DNA of 63,137 nucleotides, counting the filler. It is 5 parts of 5 records of this genome, joined end to end, with 100 filler letters (N's around TTAATTAATTAA, not from the genome) between each part and the next. Parts side by side here need not be neighbours in the genome. Positions count along the whole stretch, not along the records: positions 35,416 to 53,610 come from SRR20825014_161; 4 more parts are not named here. One strand, given 5' to 3'. How positions within the stretch are numbered: position 1 is the stretch's first letter; each line of letters opens with the position of its first letter. A program made the translations under genes and the position numbers. Below, one piece after another: positions 41,001 through 48,975 of the stretch. The notes beneath the pieces were generated by a model that was given only the letters and a program-made list of their open reading frames with translations, made no database searches and had not been told where the DNA came from.

Positions 41001-42723
41001 CACTCGAATTGTGACTTTCATCCATGACGATAATGCTTCCTTTGGCAATCTGTCTAAGAAATTGAGGTTTTAATGGTTTCTTATCAGGGGAGTTGAATTG
41101 TGAATAGGTCGCCACAACGTAGTCATACCCATTAGGTATCTTGGCTGATTTAAAGATCGCGTCCTGTTCTGGCTTCGAAAGGGCTTCGTATGCAACGTTT
41201 CCATTCTCATCTTTTATGGCTGTTTTACTCTCGCGACCGTTTACAATGAATGGAACAAGTTGATCTGAACCGATGGCGGTTAAGTCGCGATAAATGTCCG
41301 AAAACAGGTTGGCTTTCTCAGTTAAGAAAATGGGCATGATACCTTGCTCTGTGGCATAGCGAATGATCGAAGCTGCTACACGCCCTTTACCAATTCCTGT
41401 TTGATCACCGATAATTACGGCTTGTTCCAAAGCTTCTATGTTATAGATTGCCATTCCAACTGCATCTATCTGTTCTGCTGAGAGTGATCGGCACAATTGG
41501 GTTTTGGATCGATAGCCTAAACGGTGACGCACGAAATTATCCATGTCGCCTCCAACGTCTTCTTTGATTCTGTTGATTGCGGTGTGCATTTCAAACGCCA
41601 TAGCATCAGGAACGTGAGTGTCCAGAACCACACATGAATCTGAGGCAGGAACATAAGGTGCGCCAAGCTGCTTTCCTAGTAGTAAAGCTTCAAGTTCAAG
41701 GGCTTTTACTTGTAGTCTTGATAGATTTATTTTGTCCATGTTAGAATGAGTTTGATTGAAGTGAATACTAACTCGCTCGTAAAGCTGATCGAAGGATTCT
41801 GCGACAGTTTCTAATTCGGCACTTCGCAGGGGTGCGACACCTTTTTGAGATCTGTTCACTCCGTTGATTAGAATAAGTCTGGTATTAAAAGATGTTCCTT
41901 GTCTGCTATACAGCTTGCTGCCGTTTATTGGAATAATGTCAAGCACATTGTAGTGTTTGTATAGGTAGTTCAAAAAAACGCGTTGCGCTCCTTTTTGAAC
42001 CCTTCCTCGCTCATCCCAACGGGTATGACCTCCAATAATAAATGCAGCTCGACCGTTTGTTTTCATTGTCGATAAAGCAAGGATTGCCATGTGGTGATCG
42101 AGCTCTTGGATCAAGTAGGTATTGTGTTCAACCGCCTCGAATAATCTACCGAATGGAGGATTGGTAATCACCGCATCGAATGCACGAATAAACTGATAAA
42201 ACGGGCGAGAAGCATCAAGAGCATGAACACCCTTGTAATTTTGAGAATAGAGGTTGGCTCTTCTAATGGGATCAATTTCATTTACTGTTACCATCGATGG
42301 ATGAGCGGCTACGGTGAGAAGTCCATTTCCTGCTGAAGGTTCAAAAACCGTTTTGTCATTGGACTGAATACCGCAGAATAGTCCCATCAAAAAACCAATG
42401 GGTGCAGGGGTTGAGTATTGCTGAAGTAAGATGCTCTGGGAGGTGCGAAATGAAAGACTCGTCTGAATGTTGTACAGATCAACGATGCGAAGGTATTTAG
42501 CATGATCGTTATCCGATTCTAAGGCAATTTCTCTAGCCCTATTGACAATTGCAAGTTCAGTAAGTTCCTTGATCTTTGTTTTATCAATGATCCCGAAAGA
42601 ACGTGCGATTCGCTCTGTTTGAGGGCGATTCATTTTCTGTTCAAGCTCAAGTTGCTTTTGAATTTTTTTCACATAGGAAGCCTCCAAGGCTGAAATGATA
42701 TTTCGTGCTTGCTTAGTCATCAC
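38047..42723 (-). CDS. DarB-like protein: N6-adenine DNA methyltransferase plus Strawberry-notch-type SF2 helicase
   Basis: MTase motifs FEPSAGNG and NPPFG; helicase motifs GDQTGIGKGR, MDESH, SATF, QKRGRINRTGQ. Confidence 0.88.
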   Translation of the reverse strand: MMTKQARNIISALEASYVKKIQKQLELEQKMNRPQTERIARSFGIIDKTKIKELTELAIVNRAREIALESDNDHAKYLRIVDLYNIQTSLSFRTSQSILLQQYSTPAPIGFLMGLFCGIQSNDKTVFEPSAGNGLLTVAAHPSMVTVNEIDPIRRANLYSQNYKGVHALDASRPFYQFIRAFDAVITNPPFGRLFEAVEHNTYLIQELDHHMAILALSTMKTNGRAAFIIGGHTRWDERGRVQKGAQRVFLNYLYKHYNVLDIIPINGSKLYSRQGTSFNTRLILINGVNRSQKGVAPLRSAELETVAESFDQLYERVSIHFNQTHSNMDKINLSRLQVKALELEALLLGKQLGAPYVPASDSCVVLDTHVPDAMAFEMHTAINRIKEDVGGDMDNFVRHRLGYRSKTQLCRSLSAEQIDAVGMAIYNIEALEQAVIIGDQTGIGKGRVAASIIRYATEQGIMPIFLTEKANLFSDIYRDLTAIGSDQLVPFIVNGRESKTAIKDENGNVAYEALSKPEQDAIFKSAKIPNGYDYVVATYSQFNSPDKKPLKPQFLRQIAKGSIIVMDESHNSSGSSNTGIFMQGVLEKTKGAVFLSATFAKRPDNMPIYAMKTAISEANMSKEDLVDSISKGGVALQEVLASQLVNEGQMIRRERTYEGIEVNYITLTEKANEHKAIADNITTIVRDIIAFQSNHIDTRVNEMDQIAAAEGAQVDVREGTSQAGVDNQPYFSKVFNVINQMLFSIKAEAVAEKAIARLKEGKKPIVAFASTMGSFIEQMETEDGMSVTVGDTIKADFSIVLEKGLESVMRYTVTLPNGKKSYEVFNLLELSEEARQEHARISTSIRKISTGITISPIDVIIQKIQEAGYTVAEVTGRKWNVQLNLKTGMGVVDNRKKINTNDAFRQFNNNEVDVLLINQSGSTGASAHAIVTDKVSEKDVKQRVMIVLQAELDINTEVQKRGRINRTGQILKPIYDYVNSAIPAEQRLMMMLQKKLKSLDANTSSNQKQSNSILDVPDFLNKYGDTVVIEYLKENPIINDLLGDPLKLGDKTEVKEGAAHKVSGRVAVLSTKMQEEFYQEIKDRYDTFIEYLKQSGDYDLEVEQLDLQTETINSTIVKIGKGGNSSFGEDSIMEKVYANVLKKPFKVKELKNLVDQSLNGKTASEASDELLAKHESHITEELQRVINEISDRYRSLISSIPNEKKLVKIAAESKELYHQAIQVRTEELTDAMHKRIRDEETITHTKKQYIQGLFKYFTIGKKLIYPVATYDGGMEEQLSVFLGFQIDLKRSNPYAPSAITLRFAIASSRKYIAIPSSYIKDINAIKGASLGVGYAGFEDVLNEWTERIDKENKDRMIRYIITGNILQAFSDFSGKLVSYTTNKGETTKGILMAESWSPEKVTQGRVIVPIAKALKIIASMTDGSALYPSHNLAIFKLHDGMFRISAPASRKKGSGIYLDEDLLKWVRNNNFEKVGDQMTAYVEPSNLEVLLEILQEKLGVTIALLESQIDSVGLIATKTKHRVKIVSPPSQEEGSKKIQRLKLIARALEVELKLMSF

Positions 42724-42925
42724 ATCGATCTATTTTTTTGATTAAGATTCCGATCTGTGATTGTAAGCGTTGATTCTCCTTTTCAAGAGTTTCAATTTGC
42801 TGTTTGTTATCTTTTTCAGCGTACACTTTTCGGAGTACACCGTAATAGAATCCAAGACTTCCTACAAATCCCACAACGGAGAGTATGAAAGTCAATCGGC
42901 TATATTTTTCGCTTTGGTTTTTCAT
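42713..42925 (-). CDS. Small single-TM coiled-coil protein (holin/spanin-like candidate)
   Basis: One TM helix plus coiled coil; overlaps the cell-wall enzyme gene. Confidence 0.55.
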   Translation of the reverse strand: MKNQSEKYSRLTFILSVVGFVGSLGFYYGVLRKVYAEKDNKQQIETLEKENQRLQSQIGILIKKIDRCDD

Positions 42926-43608
42926 GCTGCATTGTCTTCGTTGGTGATTAAATAAAACCCGCCAAATAGCACTCCGAGAAGGGCTGCTCCTATGGTGATT
43001 CTTTTGAGTTTTGCTCTAAATTCAGTGCGTCTATCTATCAGGGTATAGGTAAAAGCATTCCCGTATAACTTTCGGTGTACTTCGCAGAGCTTCATAAAGA
43101 AATTGAAGTCACTTGCGTTCTTGAATACCTGACATCCTGCCGAATTTTTATCAACTGTGTACGTTTCCCCAACGCGATTGGCGCGATGAATGTTGATGCC
43201 ATACATGCCAGTAGTTTCTCTTCCATTGTCGAAGCTAAGTACCGCATCACGGTTATAGTCTCGAATCACGGTTACTTTGCCTTTTCGCTGACATAGAGCG
43301 TAATACTTGCCCAAATGTTTATCAATCGAATACGCATCCACGTACTGTCCTGCTTTAAGAATAGCAGTACCTTGAGGACTCATTGGGTTGCGTAGCCAGT
43401 AAGTGCCAGGATCTGTTGTGATCTTAAACACGAAGTATGCCCACTTGGGTCTTCCACTTTGAGCTACGTTGGTAAATACGTGCAATTCATCATCGAACGA
43501 GTTAGGTGTTTCGCTATTGGCACGAACACCCCAGATGTTCAACTTGTACGGTTCATCATAGAAGACAAACCCACGATCTTTCGCTATGCTTCTAACTTGC
43601 CCTATCAT
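42922..43608 (-). CDS. Putative peptidoglycan-acting enzyme of L,D-transpeptidase (YkuD)-like type with C-terminal TM anchor
   Basis: GINIHRA...SAGCQV His/Cys motif; C-terminal IGAALLGVLFGGFYLI. Confidence 0.7.
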   Translation of the reverse strand: MIGQVRSIAKDRGFVFYDEPYKLNIWGVRANSETPNSFDDELHVFTNVAQSGRPKWAYFVFKITTDPGTYWLRNPMSPQGTAILKAGQYVDAYSIDKHLGKYYALCQRKGKVTVIRDYNRDAVLSFDNGRETTGMYGINIHRANRVGETYTVDKNSAGCQVFKNASDFNFFMKLCEVHRKLYGNAFTYTLIDRRTEFRAKLKRITIGAALLGVLFGGFYLITNEDNAA

Positions 43609-44528
43609 ACTGTGTAGCTTATGGATTTGGTGGCAACAAATAATCTTCGCCCATCAAGGGTTTCAAATTCTGTAACACCGTCATTGGCATCTAAGTACTC
43701 GCCAAGAATGGTTGCTTTAGGAACTGTGATGGTCTTACCTGAATGATCCCAAACACGGGCTGAAGTGATGGTGACGAGTTGGTCAATTTTACCCGATAGT
43801 CCAGAAAGTGACCATTTCGAGCCGTTAAACTTTAACCCCATGCGATAGAATTGCTCATAGAGGGCTTTCTTTTCAGAAGCACTCGTGAACTGATCAAGCA
43901 TGGCGTTGACGATTGTTTTACTGACCCAACCAATGTCGGTTTGTTTGAATATGGTGTTCACCGCTGAGTATTGTGCAACTGACTTTATGAATCTGAGGTA
44001 CTTTATAGCGTATGATAAGTTGTTATCCTCGATGGCTTGATGGAAGTGATAGGAGAGGGTTTTACTCGATGGTTTCACTCCGCTACCAGAACTCCCATTT
44101 GACGGTGATGTTCCTGTGCCTAGCACAATCTTTGTGAAAGTAGCCTCATCAATACTTGACGGATAGCCTTTGGAGATTAGTGCTTCTTTAGTCTCACTTC
44201 CAAAATCTCCATCTGCTCCATAAGTAGGTAAAATGTTCTTACCGTACTTTTTGATCAGTGCATTTTGAAGATTTGTAACGAGTGTTCCTTTACTACCCGC
44301 CTTTAATGGAAATCCAGAGGTGCTTGATCCCGCTGAACTCGCCTTTGGAGGCGTATATGAGGGAGTTGTAGTCTTCGGAGCTGCGGTATCTTTTTTAATT
44401 GCCTCTTCGAATTTCTTAGTGGCATTTTGTCGATTCTTTTCCTTGATGAGCGAATAGACGTATGCTCCTGTTCCAACGACAACAACGCCTAATCCTATCA
44501 ATATGAATTTTGTTTTCTTTTCCATCAT
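43605..44528 (-). CDS. Membrane-anchored peptidoglycan-binding protein
   Basis: N-terminal TM; PG_binding_1-like LKAGSKGTLVTNLQNAL..ADGDFGSET..AL. Confidence 0.75.
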   Translation of the reverse strand: MMEKKTKFILIGLGVVVVGTGAYVYSLIKEKNRQNATKKFEEAIKKDTAAPKTTTPSYTPPKASSAGSSTSGFPLKAGSKGTLVTNLQNALIKKYGKNILPTYGADGDFGSETKEALISKGYPSSIDEATFTKIVLGTGTSPSNGSSGSGVKPSSKTLSYHFHQAIEDNNLSYAIKYLRFIKSVAQYSAVNTIFKQTDIGWVSKTIVNAMLDQFTSASEKKALYEQFYRMGLKFNGSKWSLSGLSGKIDQLVTITSARVWDHSGKTITVPKATILGEYLDANDGVTEFETLDGRRLFVATKSISYTV

Positions 44529-44546
44529 TTAGAGTTTTATTATGTG

Positions 44547-45305
44547 TTAGGACTTTGGTTTTTTGGCAATAATAGTTCGCCAATCCATCGTCCACTCAAG
44601 GTCGCCGTCAAGATCACCCGCAAGCGTTTCTCCATAAAGTGATTCGTAGACTTGCGCAGTTTCTTTGAATGCTTTTTGCGTTGGCATTTCCATGAAAACT
44701 GCCTTAATTGCATCCTCATCAGTTCCCGGAATAAACCCAACATAATAGATGCTCACCGCATTGTACAATCGTCTTGCCCATCCATGTGGATCGTATATTG
44801 CGCCACCCTGTTTAGCATCTTTTGCTTTGGCGGGTTTAGCACTTAGAATGGCAAGCATTTCGTTGTACTCCGTTGCCAGTAGTTCATCGGTCATGTCCTC
44901 AATCAGATTACTCCCCTTGAAGAGCTTTCGATATGAGGATTGAACTTTAATGAAATCTTCTTGCGAGGGTATTGCGCGAAGGACTTGTCGAATCGCATTT
45001 TCATCCGTTCCCCACCATCCGTCGTTATCGAACGCCATTTTGAGTTGTTTTGCCCAAGTCGCATGTTTATCGTCACCAAAGCTTACGTTCTCTTCCTTGT
45101 TCTTGATCACCTCGCGCACTTGGCTTGTGGCAAACTTGATGGCGATAAGTGCGACAACTGAAACTCCAAGAATGATCGCGAATGAAACGATTGCCTGACG
45201 CTGTTTTTCGGTAAGGCTGTTCCACCATGAACGCTTGTCTTGATCCAGAACAATGCGCGTTGTTGGAGCTTGCGAGTATTGCGGTATCATTGCTTGGTTT
45301 TTCAT
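44547..45305 (-). CDS. Membrane-anchored protein with two annexin repeats
   Basis: TM helix; LKMAF..GWWGTDENAIRQVL..Y.KLF...LIEDMTDEL and LYNAV..PGTDEDAIKAVF..YESLYGETLAGDLDGDL. Confidence 0.8.
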   Translation of the reverse strand: MKNQAMIPQYSQAPTTRIVLDQDKRSWWNSLTEKQRQAIVSFAIILGVSVVALIAIKFATSQVREVIKNKEENVSFGDDKHATWAKQLKMAFDNDGWWGTDENAIRQVLRAIPSQEDFIKVQSSYRKLFKGSNLIEDMTDELLATEYNEMLAILSAKPAKAKDAKQGGAIYDPHGWARRLYNAVSIYYVGFIPGTDEDAIKAVFMEMPTQKAFKETAQVYESLYGETLAGDLDGDLEWTMDWRTIIAKKPKS

Positions 45306-45339
45306 CTTTGTCGGAGTTGAGTTGTTTTAGGTATCTCGA

Positions 45340-45522
45340 TTAGGAAACGCCTAGAAATTTTTTAGCCATTTCTACCTTCGCGGGATCTGTCTTGACTAGG
45401 TGAGCGAGTGCTTTGATTGTATCGGTCGATAGGTGGGCTGCTAGAACTGCGAGTCCATTGACTTTCTCAGTCGCTTCTTTCTGGTTTCCTGTAATGCTAA
45501 TTGTGAACTTATACTTTTCCAT
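45340..45522 (-). CDS. Small hypothetical protein
   Basis: 60 aa; overlaps the upstream gene in the operon. Confidence 0.6.
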   Translation of the reverse strand: MEKYKFTISITGNQKEATEKVNGLAVLAAHLSTDTIKALAHLVKTDPAKVEMAKKFLGVS

Positions 45523-46273
45523 CTTGCTCTATTTTTTGTTTGATTAATTCTGTGAATTCACTCTCTAGGTCGGGATAAGCGGTAAACACTTCCCACGTTC
45601 TGAGTGCCGTTAAAAGGTCTTTCTCGGACAGCTCTTTTTTCATTCTTGCGAACCGTCGGTCTGCCTTCGATTCCTGTTGAACCTCTATTTCAACTTCCGT
45701 TTCGGGTACTCCCTGAACTGGAGTAGGCGATACAGTTCCACCTTTATTGGCACTGTACTGACCATAGAGTTCCATCCCTTTTGAAATCAATCCTTTCAAG
45801 TCAATTTGCTTATCATCGAGTTCAGATTGAAGGGCTTTGTATTGTTTTAGCTTCTTATTTTTTCGCTTTACCTCGGTTTTTAGGTTCGTGATGACCGTTT
45901 CCATACGCTGCTTTTCTAAGGCTTCTTTAATGCGCTGTTCTACATCTTTTTGAGGCGCGCCATTCAGAACTTGATTATTAGTACTGAAAATGTGACTGTT
46001 GCAATTCGGGGAATCTCCAAAGAACATTCTTACTTCAATTCTTTGGGTGGTAGGAGTCATGTAGCGTTTGTAATTATCGAATTGTTCGTGATCAGAGTTG
46101 CGCGAAACCACCATCTCCCCATCCACATGAATTGCGTAGAACTTTTTGTTTCCCTGATCATTAAAATCAGTGATGATATTTTTTAGTCGCTCTATACGTT
46201 GGATATCATAAGGCTCATTAAAAGTCTTACGTCTGCTTCCTCTTCTGGCGTGATTGTTATTATATTCTTCCAT
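45509..46273 (-). CDS. Hypothetical coiled-coil protein
   Basis: In operon; contains LNG and VQG motifs in linker-like segments. Confidence 0.7.
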   Translation of the reverse strand: MEEYNNNHARRGSRRKTFNEPYDIQRIERLKNIITDFNDQGNKKFYAIHVDGEMVVSRNSDHEQFDNYKRYMTPTTQRIEVRMFFGDSPNCNSHIFSTNNQVLNGAPQKDVEQRIKEALEKQRMETVITNLKTEVKRKNKKLKQYKALQSELDDKQIDLKGLISKGMELYGQYSANKGGTVSPTPVQGVPETEVEIEVQQESKADRRFARMKKELSEKDLLTALRTWEVFTAYPDLESEFTELIKQKIEQDGKV

Positions 46274-46277
46274 TTCG

Positions 46278-46601
46278 TTATTTCTTTAGTTTGGGAATGA
46301 CTTGGAGTATTTTCAAGTGAGATGGATTCTCAGTGGACTGATTAACAATCGTAATCACACCCCTATGGATGTACTGCATTTCATTAATGCTAGCATCTGT
46401 CAGGTTATAGGTTCCTGCTTTGGAACTCACCCTTACCTGATCATCAGGATGAATCAGGATATACAGCTCATTATATGCGCTGATTTTAAGTGTGGCTAGG
46501 GCTGCGAGTTGAAAATGGCGGTATCGAAACGTGTAATTATCATCTACACCTTGTTCGAGCATCATTTGTCGCGCTATTTCTATGGCTAATCCTTCTGTCA
46601 T
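46278..46601 (-). CDS. Small beta-rich protein (candidate minor virion protein)
   Basis: Alternating hydrophobic beta-strand pattern; ATGA coupling. Confidence 0.6.
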   Translation of the reverse strand: MTEGLAIEIARQMMLEQGVDDNYTFRYRHFQLAALATLKISAYNELYILIHPDDQVRVSSKAGTYNLTDASINEMQYIHRGVITIVNQSTENPSHLKILQVIPKLKK

Positions 46602-47038
46602 CGCTCAATTGTTAAATAGATTCGTAGATCGTAGGATTGCCCTACTCCAGATAATCGATCTTCATAATACCCTTCGATTAAGTTGATGTCAAGCTCAGTA
46701 GGAATGTCAAAAAAGGTGATCTTCTTTGCTTCAGTCCAGAACGTGCCTCCACCGAAATCAGGAATGGGTAGGTATGGATCACTTGTATTGTGGTAATGGT
46801 CAATTGCCGTTTGGAGTGTAGCGGTATAAAACACATCATGTTTACTTGCCACTCTGAGCCATAAATCACCCACTTCTGGAGCAAACACGTCTGTATGGTC
46901 TTCTGATTGCTCAACGGTTGCCGTAGTGGTTTGATGAATGGATAGAATCCGTTTCACATCGCGAGGGAGCTTGATCTGAAATTGTGTCTTTTGCCCTAAA
47001 ATCGCAATGGGTTCGATATGTACGATATGCTGAATCAT
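46598..47038 (-). CDS. Beta-rich protein (candidate single-jelly-roll minor capsid protein)
   Basis: FQIKLP..ILSI ... YDLRIYL pattern resembles the neighbouring 133-aa protein; ATGA coupling. Confidence 0.55.
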   Translation of the reverse strand: MIQHIVHIEPIAILGQKTQFQIKLPRDVKRILSIHQTTTATVEQSEDHTDVFAPEVGDLWLRVASKHDVFYTATLQTAIDHYHNTSDPYLPIPDFGGGTFWTEAKKITFFDIPTELDINLIEGYYEDRLSGVGQSYDLRIYLTIER

Positions 47039-47436
47039 GCCGACTCCTTTTCGTTATTCACTCTTGAAAAAGCATAAAAACTCACACGGTAACTCTCAAA
47101 GGTGGTACTCGGATGATCCGTGTCCGTGAAGATCACATCTAGTTTGCCATTCCCGAATTGAATTGAGCCTACCTTAATCATCCGACGGTTTGGAGAAACG
47201 TTAATTCCTGCCATTAGAAGTTTACTTTCGAATCCTTCTGGGAACAGCTCACTATCGTTGAACTGAACTTTTTGTGATCCTCGGTAAAAGAGTAGGTCGT
47301 CTCTATCTGAAGTAACCAAGATTCCAAGGAGGTAATTTGCGTTCTTGTCAAGCTCAAATTCTCCCTTAAAAACCTGATTGGCTTCTGAAATAGTAAGGTC
47401 AAAGCGTTCCTTAATGATGTTATGTTTATAACCCAT
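47035..47436 (-). CDS. Beta-rich protein (candidate single-jelly-roll minor capsid or penton protein)
   Basis: GEFELDK..LLGILV ... LDVIFTD ... YRVSFY strands. Confidence 0.55.
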   Translation of the reverse strand: MGYKHNIIKERFDLTISEANQVFKGEFELDKNANYLLGILVTSDRDDLLFYRGSQKVQFNDSELFPEGFESKLLMAGINVSPNRRMIKVGSIQFGNGKLDVIFTDTDHPSTTFESYRVSFYAFSRVNNEKESA

Positions 47437-47475
47437 GATGCGTAATTTTTAAGATGTGTTGTTGATTGTAATTCA

Positions 47476-47519
47476 CCCATTAGGACTGTGACTAGAATGC
47501 GATAGCCACAGTCCATGGG
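47476..47519 (-). promoter_or_regulatory. Stem-loop immediately downstream of the candidate capsid gene
   Basis: Minus strand CCCATGGACTGTGGCTA-loop-TAGTCACAGTCCTAATGGG. Confidence 0.55.
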
Positions 47520-47535
47520 CATTATGGATGGTGAA

Positions 47536-48258
47536 TCAAGGAGTAGTTCCTGTTCCGTCTAATCCTACATAGAGGTATTGTCCAGTTTCGATACCGAATT
47601 GAGTTCCAAGCTCTACTGTGAACTCGATTAGTTCTTCATCGCGGATAAGGCGTGGATTATCGAGTTTATAGTAGCCAATTGGAACAGTCAGATCATTGTC
47701 CGTAGCGAATCGTCTAATCGACTGGTTCTCTGGAACGATCTGTTTACGATTTGCTTTCAAGCTAAACTCACCACTACAAATGGCAGGAATGGTACTTACG
47801 CTCTTGTAATCAATCGCTTTGATCGATTCTTTGATTTCTGATCCATCTGTTTCGCTTTTGGCACTCGCTCCTGTGAGTAAGATAATACCACTCACAAGGA
47901 ACACCATGTTCTTTGGTAGCTTGGCATTCGAGATATTTCTAATCCCGACCTCTTTATCATCCTGCGGTTCAAACATCTTGATGGTTTTTGATGTTATCTC
48001 CTTGGTAGAGTAGATTGTGTAATCGGCAAGGCGCACACCACCTCTGAGAAGTTCACTCTTAACGTGATCAGGGAATTGTTTGAAGAATTTCTCCATTTCC
48101 GCTCTGGATCGTCGTGAGGTATGTGTCTGTCCTGCAATCTTTTTGATGAACATCGCCTTTTTCACGGGAGACATTCCTTGTGTTGCTCTTTCGAGTTCGC
48201 CAATACCAAACAACTCACCTACGTTGTTGTATTCGCTGTTCATGATCTCTTCTGTCAT
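47536..48258 (-). CDS. Candidate single-jelly-roll major capsid protein
   Basis: NISNAKLPKNMVFLVSGI, GEFSLKAN, YKLDNPRLI...IEFTVEL, LYVGLDG resemble vertical single-jelly-roll capsid patterns (by eye); N-terminal Gly motifs; downstream hairpin. Confidence 0.55.
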   Translation of the reverse strand: MTEEIMNSEYNNVGELFGIGELERATQGMSPVKKAMFIKKIAGQTHTSRRSRAEMEKFFKQFPDHVKSELLRGGVRLADYTIYSTKEITSKTIKMFEPQDDKEVGIRNISNAKLPKNMVFLVSGIILLTGASAKSETDGSEIKESIKAIDYKSVSTIPAICSGEFSLKANRKQIVPENQSIRRFATDNDLTVPIGYYKLDNPRLIRDEELIEFTVELGTQFGIETGQYLYVGLDGTGTTP

Positions 48259-48311
48259 AACTTTTGATTTTTGTTCCCTTATCGGGAGATTAAACTTTGT
48301 GTGAATTGATC

Positions 48312-48941
48312 TTATATGAAGGAAAGATCAGCATCGTCATAGGAGGCGTATGCGTACTGCTCAGAATCAAACCCACCAGAAATTTCTGGGTAGTAATTAT
48401 CTTCATTTCCATTTGATCCGTACTGAATCGCTTCGTTGCGATTATTGATCTCGAACACATCAAGTGCGCTCAAATCAATTGACCCAACAGCTTGATCGTC
48501 TTCCTCCTCCTGTGACTTTTCCTCTTTCTTATTGAACAGTTTGTTCAAATAGAAGGCGGTAAGGATTTCATCCTTGAACTGTGTGAGTCGCGTTTTTGCT
48601 TTACTGGATTCTCCCGCAAGCGTAAAACCATTAACCGCGTTCTCTTTGGCGAGTGATTTGTTTTCAATCGATTTAGCCACGCCATAAGCGATAGCTGCTG
48701 CTCCTGCCACTCTGAGTACTCCTGTGTCCTCTTCGAAGTAATGACTGCCTGCAATCAATAACCCACCAACGGGAAGGGCTGCAAGTCCTGTTACTGCCCC
48801 AATCCCTCCACCAATGGCTGCTCCAAGGACAACATCGACGAGCGTTTTTAATCCCGTATTAGCTATATTGCCTTTCGTTTTTGCAGCCTTATACCGCTGA
48901 AGCATACCGCCTGATTTTTTACTACTTGTTCTCTTTTTCAT
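48312..48941 (-). CDS. Membrane protein with basic N-terminus, Gly-rich TM helices and acidic tail
   Basis: GAAIGGGIGAVTGLAALPVGG helix; VNG, LAG and ISG motifs. Confidence 0.7.
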   Translation of the reverse strand: MKKRTSSKKSGGMLQRYKAAKTKGNIANTGLKTLVDVVLGAAIGGGIGAVTGLAALPVGGLLIAGSHYFEEDTGVLRVAGAAAIAYGVAKSIENKSLAKENAVNGFTLAGESSKAKTRLTQFKDEILTAFYLNKLFNKKEEKSQEEEDDQAVGSIDLSALDVFEINNRNEAIQYGSNGNEDNYYPEISGGFDSEQYAYASYDDADLSFI

Positions 48942-48975
48942 CTTCTTACTTTTTTAGTGTTTGACTTCAACCTTT

